DNA of 63,480 nt, filler included, from Guillardia theta CCMP2712 (GCF_000315625.1; 5 parts of 5 records of this genome joined end to end with filler, not necessarily neighbours in it); one strand, 5' to 3'. Shown: positions 11,229 to 25,710, counted from the first letter of the whole stretch. A program made the numbers and translations. The notes: generated from the sequence alone by a model not told the origin.

Positions 11229-14200
11229 ATGGTGATGAACAGAACCAACAGGGGCTCACTCTCAAGCAACAAGGACCGAAATGATGTGCTCATTGTTGGA
11301 AATGACAACCGAGGATACGGTTTTATTGTTGCTAGTCCGAACGAAGAAGAGCGTCTACTTCGAGAGGCAAGGAACGAGGCAAGGCAGGAAAGAATCAAGC
11401 AAGCAAGACTTGCTTTTAGCAAGAAGTCCCGAGAAACTATCAGGAAAAAGCAAGAGATTGAAGAGCAACGACGTATGAGTGCACAGAATATGGTTGAGAT
11501 GCAGGTGAGAGTTTGACGTTAAGATCTGTGTCTTAAGTGATTCCGACCTCTAGATGAGGGCAAAAATCGAAAGTACAATCTCTCGTGGTACCTCGCTCTT
11601 CTTTTGCGAACGTGTCGAATATTGAATCGTAATACACAGCGTCAAGAATGTCGGATGCTGCATCGGATTTTGGATCAGCGCACGTAGCAGCCCCAATGCT
11701 TGTTGCAGAGGTTCGTCGATCTTGAACCGCTGTGACTGAGTTGAGCTCAAGGCTTCGCGGAGTGCGTCTGAGAGGAGGATGGAAGACCTGGAGGCTCGAC
11801 GTATCGAGCAACTTCGGCATCAATGTGCTCCCTCCATTGCTGCAATGCCATCGTTGTCTGAGCCCTTTTGCAGTGGCTGTGCTGGACCAGAAAAGAGAGC
11901 AGTCGCAATGCCCCCTTGCAATTCAATCGAGGAATGCAAAGAGGCTTGAACGGACAAGAACCATCGAGGCAGAGAGAGAGAGGATACGAGCACAAGCTGA
12001 TCGTCGGTTACTCAGTTTCTCTCTTCTATCCTCCCGGAGAGTGACGTTGACCTTGGCAGATTTGAATCGAACAGTCTCATCCAGCAGGAGCAAGTGCAGT
12101 ACACGGCTTGTACTACGATCACGCAGCGGGTCAAGGTCTCTGAATCACAACCACTTGGAAGTCAGCCCCGTCTTCTTGCATCGAAGAAACATAAACAGGA
12201 TTACGGGCAGACAAGATTCCACGCAGTTCAGGTTTGCCCACCTTCTGCTGTCCTGATTTTGCTGATTATTGACTTGAACAACTCTACAATCGTTTCAGAT
12301 TTTCCGCCATAATCACCAAAATGTTAAAGACAATGTTCCACACAGCCTCTTCGATGCTAATGGAGAAATTTGTATCGTGAATGCACACGTGATATTTTCA
12401 TGCTTCAAGTTTCGAATGTTTCATCTGTTCACAGGAGGCAGCAAAGGCAATGAGCATGATCAATGCAAGCCAAGAAATGCAAAGAAGCATCAAATTTCAC
12501 AATGATGACAAGAAAGCAAAGCAAAGGTTTCATCATCTCTCAGCTTTTTCTGGTTTGCTGACAGCTCGGTGCAGAGAAACAGAGGCGAAACGTTGGCTTG
12601 AAAAACGAAACACAGCAAATCGAGTTATGGAAGACCTTGTCAGGCTGTCGTCGAAGCAGGAGAAATATTACAAGTATGCTGAGAACTGTGCTCCATTGGC
12701 TGATGATTGATCTCTTTTAGAAAAAGCGATTCGCCTTGGGACGCATACCATTCCAAGGAGTCGAGGAGAATGTCTATCCAGAAATCGCAAAAGCAAAAAG
12801 AGCATGACCTGATCGATGCCCTTCTTGGCCCGTTAGATGAAGATGATGGAGCTGAGCACGACCCGGCTGAACAGGCTATTACGAGAGATGACCAGTGAGT
12901 TTTAGAGCGCATGTTGTCCTCTTGTTAAGATCAGTGCAGGACTTTGGATGCCCCACAGCCGTTGAACAGGGATTGTGACCTTGAAGACTCCTTCACCTTG
13001 CGGAGGAAGGAAATTTTGCGTCAGTACGAACAAGATGGGTACTTGAGTAATGGCAAAAAGGCAGAAAACGAGCGTTTGACCAAGAACGATGAGCTCCAAC
13101 GTGACCGACAGATTGCAGATCTCGACGTGAAGAAGCCTGACGACCTTGATGTGCAGCCAAAAGCAACGAGCCACCAGGCTGTGATTGATTTGCAACACTT
13201 GCATCAAGCGCATAGCTCATCACTTGGTACAGCTTTATCTTCAGAAGACTCGCTTGATGAAGAAGAGGAAAGGCCGCTTGATGGAGGTGACCAAATAGCT
13301 GAAGAAGAGAAACAGGGAACATCGGATCATTCACGAAAGCAACATGAGTTCTTGTCTCAGATCGATCGCATCCTAACAATGCACGAAAGTCGTGGCACAC
13401 AAGCTAAAGGCTGGACACAGCCGTTGACACAAGGAGGTCAAACAATCGACCTGGGAAGTTTTCCTGCACCTCGATACAGTGGCAGCGCACTTGTGCAGGC
13501 TGCAGACGACAAAAATGTGAAGGATGATTTAGAACCCGATGTCGATGCTGATGATGAAGAATGCACTGACGAGAACCAGCCATCGCTCACGGTTGTAGAG
13601 AAAGGATGGACTTCAGAAAGGGATGAACGAGGATCTGACCTCGCTTTTCAGCCTCCCCAACCAACCCATGCTGCCGAAAGCCACAGCCAACAGCAGTTGG
13701 CAGATGATGTGAAAGAAGATAGCGAACTGAGTACTGAGGCAATCGTTTCATCTACCTATGCTGAGCGGCGAATGGAAAGCAAATGGGCTGAGTCGGGCAA
13801 GGGCTCGACTCTCGTCAATCCGGATATGGAGGAAGCAAGTCCACAGCCCTTCCCTTCAAGGCTGACTGACATGAAGCTTTCGTTCGTCGCTTCCGGTGAC
13901 GTGGCTAGAGCAAAAGACAGAAAGGAGATGGCGTCTCAGGTCGGAGGCCTCTCTGCAGCGAGTTCATCTGGGTATGAAGAGCAAAGAAACGACCTCGGAC
14001 GGAACGCATTGCATGTAGAGATAGGGAGAGCTGGGGAGGAGCTTGCAGATGACAGTGATCTAGAGCTCTCGGACACACCTCCTTCATCTCCATCCCAGCA
14101 GTCATCATCCAGCTGGGGGCTCCCTCCCTTTCAAGTGCCGGAACTCTCGTCCTCCCCTAACTCATCGAGGACATCCAAGGAGATCGGCTCTTCTCGCGAA

Positions 14201-15009
14201 AGGCACCGCACGAGCGACGAGAAGTATCGTGAAGCACAATCCCGGGACAACTACTCCTCGGTCCTCAGCTCTCTCCGATCTCTCAGTGAAGTCCCTTCCA
14301 TCGAAATGAGCCCCAGCAGCAGCGAATCCGATGGTGACGATGACGACGAGGGCAGGGATCGTGGCGTGTCAATGTCGAGGAGCGATGCAGAGGCTCAGGA
14401 TCTTGACTCCATGACAGAGCTCCGCGTCTCAGATGAGCTCAGCTCTTCCCTGCTCCACCTGAGGCTCGAGGAGCAGGAGGCAGCTGGGGCTGCAGAGATG
14501 AAGAAATGGTAGGGCTTGCGAAAGCGTTGGACTCGCTGAACCTTGTCCAGGTCTCCGAGACATGCGCTGCAAGAGTCTCAAGACTCGCTGGAGGCTTCAG
14601 AACACGAGTCGGAGGACACCTTCAGCCTGTCAGATAGCGAGCCCAGCAAGTCCCCAGCACGGCGACTACAGGTGACGCGTGTTTGCATGGCATGCTGACC
14701 CGCTGACGGGCCGCCGACAGGAGCAGAGGGGCGATGATCCGCTGACGAGACGTGACGAGTGGGACGTAAGCGAGGGTCGAGGGCTGGTTGGTCGCTAAGA
14801 AATGAATGCAGGAGTCACTGCCGGAGATGAAGATGCTTAGACAGGCACAGCTGAAGCGACAGGTGAAGGAGGAGGAAGAGACTCTAGGCGTTGACTGGGT
14901 CCAGGCGATCGAGGAGCGACGTCGGAAGATTCAAGAGCAGGAGAGGCAGCGCCGGGACAGGCTCATCCGCTCTCGCACGGGACCAGCGCAGGCCAAGATG
15001 CTTCGTTGA
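11229..15009 (+). CDS. CEP295/Ana1-like centriolar coiled-coil protein (multi-exon)
   Basis: N-terminal SPNEEERLLRE..R..RI.QAR, later DFGSAH and DYGQTRFH motifs resemble the CEP295 N-terminal region as recalled. Long acidic disordered exon 12944-14512 and a basic C-terminal coiled coil. Confidence 0.5.
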
Positions 15010-15717
15010 ATCCCGGCAAGAGAGTTGAGAGTGACCGAGCTGTAAAACCAGAAGGTGTCCATGTTGTCGTCAATGATATCTTGTAAACTTGCTAAGTCTA
15101 ACTCTGCTTGCCTCCTCGCTCTCGCCCTTCCCCTCCTTCTCTGGTTATCGTCCGACGGCGATGGCGAGCTGCTTCCTAGCAACATGACGGTAGCAGCTGC
15201 TCACACTCTTCCTTCCATCCAGAAGCCTGGAGGTTGGCATTGCAGCACCTGCTTCGGCATCTCGCAGCATCTGCAGGAGGTCAGCTGCTGTCGCTTCTGC
15301 CCTGCTGCCACGTCCTCACATGCTCTTGTCGTCTCCCAGTTTGCGGGTCATCACCAGGTCGAGCTCACACCTCAGTCCTTGCTGGGATGCGTCAGGATGC
15401 GACATAACTCCGTCCCCCGGTCCCACCTGCCGTGCGCTGCTCCTGTCGAACGAGATAATCTTCTTGCCGAAGACGTTGCCGTCCTTGTCCAGCTGCAGCT
15501 CTTGCTCCACCTGCCCATCCCGACTGCTCCCCACCTTGTACGCCAGCACTCGCTCCCTCCTCCCTTGCTCGGAGCTCTCAAGTCTTCTCAGCTCCCCCTC
15601 GCAGGCTGCATCTACCTACTGTGACTCGGAAGCCCTCGGAGCAAGCGAAGGCATCTTCCTTGGTGCAGCGAGTCCTGCCCGTGACTAACAGGTCCACCCT
15701 ATACAGCATTGCAGAAA

Positions 15718-18700
15718 TTATACAGCATTCCTGCGCACTTTCTTTGCTTGTCGACAATTCCTTTTCATTTCTTTGTTGGTTCTGATACGCTTTCCTTCCT
15801 TCTTTCCACGTTGATCTCTTCGCTTCTTCCGTTTGGGGCACTGATCATATCTTCCTTTACCGCAGAAGGGTTGAGTTTTTATTCCAATCTCAATGATCAT
15901 CAGCACTTTTCGTTTGACAGGCTCAAGCTCCAGATCAACCCCTGCTTGCTCTTGAACGCATTCTTCGTCTCTTTTCATCGTCTGATTATCATCAAATGCA
16001 TCAATCTGAAATGAAAAGGATCTCCAGCCTTCACCTTTGAGATGCAATACAAGCCACTCAGTCTTGCATTGAATGCCAGTATTCTTGATGATTCCTTTCA
16101 GATTGCTCTCTGTCACATTGATTGATATCTCCAGAACCATGCACACATTAACATCCAGATCCTGCTTCAACAGTTTAGAGAGCACCTTTGACAACTGTTC
16201 AGGGGTAAGTGCAGAATTCCAATTCTTGTACTCCGCTCCTCCCATCAATGATTTCTTGCTTGCAGAGGTTGGTCCTGTAAAGGTACCGTCCCTTTTCTGT
16301 CTGTCCTGGTTGCAGATGTAGTAGCCCATGAACGGCGAAGCTGCGTCTCTCCGCTCACTCCATCGTACAGGAGCTAAGTTGGATACGCAGGATTTGAGGA
16401 TTCGCATGAAGCATTTCTTGTTTCTGACAGAAGCAAGAATCTCACCTACACTTGGCTGGTCTTCTGGAAAGCCGCAGTGATAAGCGATATTCTTCAGAAG
16501 GTCCTCACAGGGAGACCAGCTGCTGATCATCAGGACAACTGCACCAAATGACTCTAACTCGTTCGCATCTCGCTTGTACGCATCCACATGGATGGGATTA
16601 CTCCAAACTGCCTTCTGCTTGTGGATGCCCTGCAAGACCTGAAGCGCTGATCTTTGGCCGAAAGGCCGTCCTCCCCCAGCACAAACAGCCACGGTGATGG
16701 GATCTTGCACAGCAGGTGGGAAAGACGCGGTCAGTTCTGGAAGAGGAGTGTCATGGATTCTCAATTCCACCTCGTTTTCTAATCTAGTCATTTCAGGCAT
16801 AGATTCTTTACTGCCCCGCCGTGGCAAATTGCTGTCCCACACATTTAGCTGAGCAAACCCCTTGGAGATGTGCAACTGAGAGACAGGTTCATGCGCAGAA
16901 ATCTGAAACATGCAGTAGATAGATTCGTCCTTCAGGCTCCTTTTGTCGCGCTTTACCCTAAGCAGGACCGCTCTGGAGATGTTTCGAATCAAACTGGATG
17001 GATTTTTGATTTCGGGGAATCGCCTCAAATTAGTCAAGAAAAGCGAGCAGAGCCATGGGTTGACGTTGTCCAACAGTTGAGAGACCCGTGACTCTCCGAA
17101 AAACTTCTTCAACAGCTCTTCGTCCTTGCTCGACGGCAAGATGTACCTAGGTAGAGAGCGATGAGTTAAGCATACCATTGTTCGATCTTCATCGCGACTG
17201 TACTCGGAGCTCCTTGGAATCTTATCGATATTCATGACCAAAGTGTTCGTCCCCAACATAATGCAGTGAATGTTTGCGTTTGTCAACACCCTCTTGACGA
17301 GCACCAGCTTGGCGATCGCTGCGAAGTCCTGCTCAGGAGGAATGGTCTCATCCATCAGAACCCATCGCTGTTTCCAGTTCATCGCTTCCTTGACAGAGAC
17401 AGGGGCAACGGTAGTCGTCTCCTTCCACAAGTAGCCAAGAGCTCCCAACAAATACCACTTCCTTTCACTTTCTTTCAAATCAAAATCTAATACTCCAAGA
17501 AGTTCAGTACTCAATGTAGGAGTTGTAGACCGAATCAACGAGATAAGGTCGCAGTTCATGGCCAAGCCCATCAAGTTTGTGATGCTTGACACGTTTTGGT
17601 ACAAGTTCTGCTTGTTTTCTTTCTTCGAAGGGTTGAAGAGAAAATAAATACACTGGTCTGAATTTCGCACAAAGAAATCAGCAGCACACAACGACTTCCC
17701 ACTGCCAGAACAAGCTTCAATCACGCACAAGTGAGTGGTAGCTGTTACGTCATTTGCATCCTGTACCAGTGTGTTGATTGGGTTCAATATGCTGAAAAGC
17801 CTGCTGGCTTCCCCCGCTGATGATTCCAAGCTTCTTTGCCGGTCAAGAAATCTGGCAAGGTATCGCCTCAAGGACGATATGACCTCATGCATGTCGACTT
17901 GGTTGGCAAGGTCTTGAATAGCTAGCAATCAACTGGTCAAAAGTAATCGGAACTAATACTCAGACTTACCCGTAAAGAAATTTTCTGTCCCGCTGTACAT
18001 TCGATGTGTTTTGAGAGCATACAGGCTGAAGTCGAGTTGCCTCTGATAGCGATCAACGTCGTCCTTACTTGCTTCCTTCAGCTCTTTCTGCGCAATTGCT
18101 ACCGATAATTCTAGACCTGCTTCCTGTAGCTTGTCGCGAGCCCTTGCGGCCTTGATCTCGTCGCCTGTGCTTTCAGCCTCCCGAAGCTCTGCCTCCGCGA
18201 CTTGCTGACGAGCCCTTGCGGCCTTGATCTCGTCGCCTGTGCTTTCAGCCTCCCGAAGCTCTGCCTCCCTCGTACACAACGTCAAGCCTAGCTTTGCTTC
18301 CGCGACTCGCTGACGAGCCCTTGCGGCATTGATCTCGTCGCCTGTGCTTTCAGCCTCCCGAAGCTCTGCCTCCCTCGTACACAACGTCAAGCCTAGCTTT
18401 GCTTCCGCGACTCGCTGACGAAGCCCTTGCGGGCCTGATCTCGTCGTCTGTGCTTCCAGCCTCCCGAAGCTCTGCCTCCGCGACTCGCTGACGAGCCCTT
18501 GCGGCCTTGATCTCGTCGTCTGTGCTTTCAGCCTCCCGAAGCTCTGCCTCCGCGACTCGCTGACGAGCCCTTGCGGCCTTGATCTCGTCGCCTGTGCTTT
18601 CAGCCTCCCGAAGCTCTGCCTCCCTCGTACACAACGTCAAGCCTAGCTTTGCTTCCGCGACTCGCTGACGAGCCCTTGCGGCCTTGATCTCGTCGTCTGT

Positions 18701-19291
18701 GCTTTCAGCCTCCCGAAGCTCTGCCTCCGCGACTCGCTGACGAGCCCTTGCGGCCTTGATCTCGTCGCCTGTGCTTTCAGCCTCCCGAAGCTCTGCCTCC
18801 CTCGTACACAACGTCAAGCCTAGCTTTGCTTCCGCGACTCGCTGACGAGCCCTTGCGGCCTTGATCTCGTCGCCTGTGCTTTTAGCCTGACTTTGCTCCC
18901 TCATTGCGTATAAACGATTCAGATTATATTCGCTTTGCCTTGCCATAATATCAAACTTAAGAATGTCGCTCTGATTCTGCTGCATGATGGCATTCGTGAG
19001 TTGATCTCTGCACTTCTCGACAATCTCCTTTGCAACTTCAAGGGCTACGTCCCATGCGTTCAAATCATCCGTACCTCCGTTACCTCCTCCAATCCGCAGA
19101 CACGAGTGCTGGCACACGGTTGTCTTCTTGCTATCAAGGCAGACGATATGCCGAGAAGTGAAGCACAGCCCCTGCAGTGACACCAAAGGATCAAGAATCA
19201 CCCATCCAGTTTGGAGGTCGATCTTTACCTCTGTGCTCGAAATGATAACTGAGCCCAGCAAAAGTAAACGCAAACAAGTGACGAGCGACAT
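15718..19291 (-). CDS. Crinkler/RHS-like protein: hydrophobic leader, helical tandem repeats, P-loop NTPase, C-terminal PD-(D/E)xK nuclease-like domain; one frameshift in the repeats
   Basis: Walker A (IEACSGSGKS), Walker B (WVLMDE) and RDGTF...GAEYKNW in ORF 15718-17928. GTAAGT donor near 17968 joins ORF 17953-18390. +1 shift near 18421. Confidence 0.65.
18135..18890 (-). repeat. Coding tandem repeat with 72-bp (24-aa) and 105-bp (35-aa) units
   Basis: EAELREAESTGDEIKAARARQRVA with or without EAKLGLTLCTR, near-identical at DNA level. Confidence 0.95.
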
Positions 19292-19389
19292 GGCTCCCTG
19301 GACACAGTTTGATCCCTGTTGGCAACGTGACTCAGGTGAACAAATTGTGATGTCTCCTCATTCTAGTTAAACTGCTATTCTGGTTCAAC

Positions 19390-19845
19390 TGCTATTTGCA
19401 GTAAGCGATCTCTCTTCTTCTATTTGCAGTAAGCAATCTCTCTTCTTCTATTTGCAGTAAGCAATCTCTCTTCTTCTATTTGCAGTAAGCGATCTCTCTT
19501 CTTCTATTTGCAGTAAGCAATCTCTCTTCTTCTATTTGCAGTAAGCAATCTCTCTTCTTCTATTTGCAGTAAGCAATCTCTCTTCTTCTATTTGCAGTAA
19601 GCGATCTCTCTTCTTCTATTTGCAGTAAGCAATCTCTCTTCTTCTATTTGCAGTAAGCAATCTCTCTTCTTCTATTTGCAGTAAGCAATCTCTCTTCTTC
19701 TATTTGCAGTAAGCAATCTCTCTTCTTCTATTTGCAGTAAGCAATCTCTCTTCTTCTATTTGCAGTAAGCAATCTCTCTTCTTCTATTTGCAGTAAGCAA
19801 TCTCTCTTCTCTCTTCTGCTATTTGCAGTAAGCAATCTCTCTTCT
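19390..19845. repeat. 28-bp minisatellite, about 16 copies
   Basis: Unit TATTTGCAGTAAGC(A/G)ATCTCTCTTCTTC in tandem. Confidence 0.97.
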
Positions 19846-20295
19846 GTCCATCCCAGTTCTCCTCTCTTTCGGCGCATACGACATAAGCGACATGGAGGAG
19901 GCATGCTTCAGAAAGAAGATAAAACAGTACAGCCCTTGTTCCCTAGATACCTGCTCATCATCTTCTTCGTTCTACTGATGAAGGACCATCCAGCTCTACC
20001 GGATCACCTTCACCACACAGGTAGTGCCGCACAAGCATCAGTGCAATAGTTTAATCAAAGCTAAGTTAAAATCAGTACCAGGACATGGGTAGTTACCAGA
20101 TTTCTGATACCGGGTAGCATTGACTGGCAGCTTTTACTAACTTATAAAACCTAAAACTTTCTAATTCCAAAATACTTATAAAGCATGGTTGGCCCGCATC
20201 ATTGGGCCACATCCCCAAATCGTCCATTAGTCCACATCCCCACTCATACCCGCGCTCTTCACGTGCCATGAAACGAACCGATGGAACAGGGAGAG

Positions 20296-20351
20296 AGGGA
20301 GGGAGGGAGGGAGGGAGGGAGGGAGGGAGGGAGGGAGGGAGGGAGGGAGGG
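20296..20351. repeat. (GGGA)n microsatellite
   Basis: Directly visible next to a gap. Confidence 0.95.
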
Positions 20352-20585
20352 TTACGCGTAGGACGGGNNNNNNNNNNNNNNNNNNNNNNNNNNNNNNNNN
20401 NNNNNNNNNNNTTAATTAATTAANNNNNNNNNNNNNNNNNNNNNNNNNNNNNNNNNNNNNNNNNNNNTCGTCGCTTGCTCATTGACTTTGACGTTCAGGA
20501 CGTTACGAGCTGCTTCCTCACGGCTACGTGCAGCGAGTGTTCCCTCGGGATGAAAAGCTTTCGTCATCCGCCGAGGTTGAGGGAC

Positions 20586-20660
20586 AGGAGGAGGAGGAGG
20601 AGGAGGAGGAGGAGGAGGAGGAGGAGGAGGAGGAGGAGGAGGAGGAGGAGGAGGAGGAGG
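20586..20660. repeat. (GAG)n microsatellite
   Basis: Directly visible. Confidence 0.95.
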
Positions 20661-21570
20661 GTGACGTAGCATCAGGAGTGGGCGGAGGAGATGATGAAGA
20701 AGTTGCTGGCTGTTGATGTCATTACAGCAAGCGATCGTTTCGACGTGAGTTGCTCCTGCATCTCGTCTTGCGTTTCACTTTCTCTCTCTTCCTTCTTCCT
20801 GCAGGACCTCGAGACGTGGGAGGCGCTGGTGCGGGAGGAAGCGAGCGAAGGGTTTCATCGCAGAGCTCTCGCCATGTTGCAGCAGGCAGGAAGGGGAGCG
20901 GAGTCGCTGCTGGTGCGACCAGCGAGCGAGACTCTGCTGCGTCTTGCGGTGGAGGCGTTTCAAGCGCTGCTGCTGGGGCGCGAGGGAGCGAAGCCGGTAA
21001 TGAGGAGGAGAACGTGGCAGGCGTGCAAGAACGGAGGAATCGCGGCAGAGAAGGCGTGGAGGAAGAGAATGCCGGGAGTGTCAGCGAGGCTTGTTGGAAG
21101 GTGAGAAGAGGAGGAGCAGGGGAGATACTGACGAGACAAGTTTCTTCTCCTGTTACGAGGAGCTCGGGAAGGAGGAGGATGCAAGCTACGCACCCTCCAT
21201 GCAGTATATCCAGAAGCTGCGGAAGGAGCTCGGGGAGGAGGAGAGGTGAGAAGAGAAGGAGGCGAGGGATGGTGACGATCGCAGCAGTGCCATAGAGGAA
21301 AGAAGAATCCTTCAGCTCTGCCGGCGTCTGCACGGAAGAGACGAGGAGGAGAAGTGCGTTGCGAGGATGCGGGAAAAGAGGGAGCTGTAAAGAGCGAAGG
21401 AGTGTACAGGAGGAGGGCACGATAGAAGTTGCTCGGCATGGGACGAGGAAGGGAAAGGGTCTCAGTGCTGCGTTGAGATTCGAAGCTTGGAGATGTTTTC
21501 ATCGCCTAGACATGCTTCAACAGGCCAGACGCGCGTGAGAGCTTGTCTCACATGCCTTAGTCTCGCCTGC

Positions 21571-23310
<1,740 letters not shown>

Positions 23311-23678
23311 CCTTCTCTTGAGCCTCGCAGGCGTCCCTCCGCCATGGCGCGTGAACATTTCGAGGATCCTCGGGGTACAGGAGAATTCTTTTTTTGTTTG
23401 TTTGTTTTTTCTTTTTTCTCTTTTTTAATCCGTTTTTTATTTTACAGGCGGGGCGACGGGATCATGAAAATTTCACATCTGATCAGAGGAGAGAAGAAGA
23501 GGAGAAGAGAAGAAGAGGAGAGGAGAAGAAGAGGAGAGGAGAAGAGAAGATCAAGGGCCGAGGAAGCAAGTGATAAGAGGATAGTCGAAGAATCGGGCAA
23601 AGCAGTTCAAACAGAAAGAAGCTAAGAGAGTTGTAGCAATTGTAGCAAGTGAGATAATTTACAAGACGATGACGCAGA

Positions 23679-25182
23679 ATGCTGGCGCTGGGGTTGGAAG
23701 GAAGCGCAAACAAGCTGGGGGTCGGAGTTGTGAGAGAGGATGGGACGATACTGTCCAACGTTCGTCACACGTTCGTCACCCCTCCTGGTGAGACTTACGG
23801 CAGAAACAGGGTCAGAGCTAATGCCCTCGCAGGAACTGGTTTCCTACCCAAAGAAACGGCTGAGCATCATAGGAAGTATGTCGTGCAACTAGTGCAGCAA
23901 GCAATCAGAGAAGCTTCGATCAAGCCGGTAGGATGGAAGGAGGGAGGTCTCCGAGGCTGAATCTCGTGCAGGACGAGCTCGACTGCATATGCTACACCAA
24001 GGGGCCTGGCATGGGGGGACCTCTTCGAGTATGCGCTGTCGTAGCGAGGATGCTTGCACAGGTTGTTGAGGAAGAGAGAAGCAAGCGACAAGAGAAAAGC
24101 TTGTTGTGTCAACATGTCAGGGCTGATGGAGATGTAGATGTGGAAGAAGCCTCTCGTGGGTGTCAACCACTGCGTAGCTCACATCGAGATGGGGAGGGTC
24201 GTGACGGGCGCGAGCGATCCTGTCGTGCTCTACGTGAGCGGGGGAAACACGCAGGTGATCTCCTACTCTCAAGATCGCTACAGAATCTTCGGAGAAACCA
24301 TCGACATCGCTGTCGGCAACTGCCTGGGTGCTGCTGTGCTGCCTGCCTGCCCCGTAGCGCTGAGTCTCTTCAGATCGATTCGCTCGCATCGTCATGTTGT
24401 CCAACGACCCGTCGCCAGGCTTCAACATCGAGCAAGCCGCTAAGAAGGGATCGCAATTCGTGGAGCTGCCGTACGTGGTGAAGGGAATGGATGTCTCCTT
24501 CGCAGGCATCCTGAGCAACATCGAGGACATTGCCAAGGAGAAGCTGGAGAAGGAGGAGTGTACAGTAGAGGACCTCTGCTTCTCTCTGCAGGTCTTGTTG
24601 CTCTCCTCCCTCGTGCCTGTTCAGTGTGCCACAGGAAACGGTCTTCGCCATGCTCGTCGAGACTACAGAGCGAGCGATGGCGCACTGCGGGAACACAGAG
24701 GTAAGAAAAGGAGGGTTTGCTGGGGTGAGAGACTCGTCAGGTGCTGGCGGTGGGAGGAGTCGGATGCAACAAACGGCTACACGAGGTTCCCTCCTGCTCG
24801 CTGGGTCTTCGCTGACCGAATGGTTGAAGATGCTGTCGATCATGGCGGAGGAGCGAGGAGGCCGAGCCTTTACGACGGATGATCGCTACTGTATCGACAA
24901 CGGAGCCATGATCGCCTACACGGGTTCGAGCCCAACACTTGCAACTTCTTCCGCTCACACCCTGTCAGGCCTCCTCATGTTCCGTAACGGTCACGTTACT
25001 CCTTTGTCGGAAGCTACCTGCACTCAGGTATGTCCGTATGTGACCCGCGCATTTCTCCTCTCTGCTCCCCTGCTCCTCTTCTCTCCAACCTCTCAGCAGC
25101 ATCTTCTCCTCCCTCCACCAACCACTCCTGCAGCGATTCCGAACAGACGAAGTTCTCGTCAACTGGCGAGGGAGCGAGCCTA
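23679..25182 (+). CDS. KAE1: tRNA N6-adenosine threonylcarbamoyltransferase (KEOPS Kae1/OSGEP)
   Basis: [57 protein letters not shown] and RFRTDEV across multiple exons. Confidence 0.95.
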
Positions 25183-25290
25183 AAGAGCCGGTGGATGCTG
25201 CTACCAGCTCCTGCTGTCTGACTTGTCTCAGGCGCCCAAGCAAGCGGTGTGGGCTCCTCAGCTTCCTGAAAGTTGACACCGACGCAGGGA

Positions 25291-25710
25291 TCAGCAGAAC
25301 TCGAGCATGTTAATAAGAATCTTTCGCTTTAAAGTTTCCTCGTTGAGCGTGTCGTCGCCAAACTCCACACGGCACACTTTGTCGCGAGACTTGTGCCCCG
25401 CGATAATCTGAACATCCTTGCGCTTCAACCCGCAGAGCTCAGCCACGAACTCGACCACTGCCTCATTGGCCTGCGCAGCTGGTGAGAAGCCGCTCGAGAA
25501 CACAAGCCCAACCTCTCCATCTCTCGGAGGAGCAGCGATCTGCACGTCGATGCTTCGAGCTCCTCCCTCCTTGAGCTCCTCTGAGTTCATCACCTGCGTC
25601 TTCTTCGCTCCAGGCTTCACAAACAAGCTCACCCTTGCCGCCTTCTCCCCTGCTATGGCGCTGAGAAACCGAGAAGGATCTCTGTCTTCATGTGAGCGCT
25701 TCTGCGGCAT
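25291..25710 (-). CDS. UPF0235/DUF167 (YggU-like) protein
   Basis: VKPGAKKT...IAAPPRDGE-ANEAVVEFVA...GHKSRDK. Confidence 0.85.
   Translation of the reverse strand: MPQKRSHEDRDPSRFLSAIAGEKAARVSLFVKPGAKKTQVMNSEELKEGGARSIDVQIAAPPRDGEVGLVFSSGFSPAAQANEAVVEFVAELCGLKRKDVQIIAGHKSRDKVCRVEFGDDTLNEETLKRKILINMLEFC

Noticed and set aside
15055-15700. Possible small gene or extra exons downstream of the Crinkler-like ORF
   Set aside because: Coding-like on the - strand, but I found no recognisable motif or defensible gene model.
19390-19845. Possible CRISPR array (28-bp repeat)
   Set aside because: Units are contiguous with no spacers, there are no cas genes, and the context is eukaryotic.
20368-20467. 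TTAATTAATTAA palindrome inside N runs (also 39281, 46175, 56519)
   Set aside because: Identical all-frame-stop spacer centred in gaps: an assembly linker, not biology.
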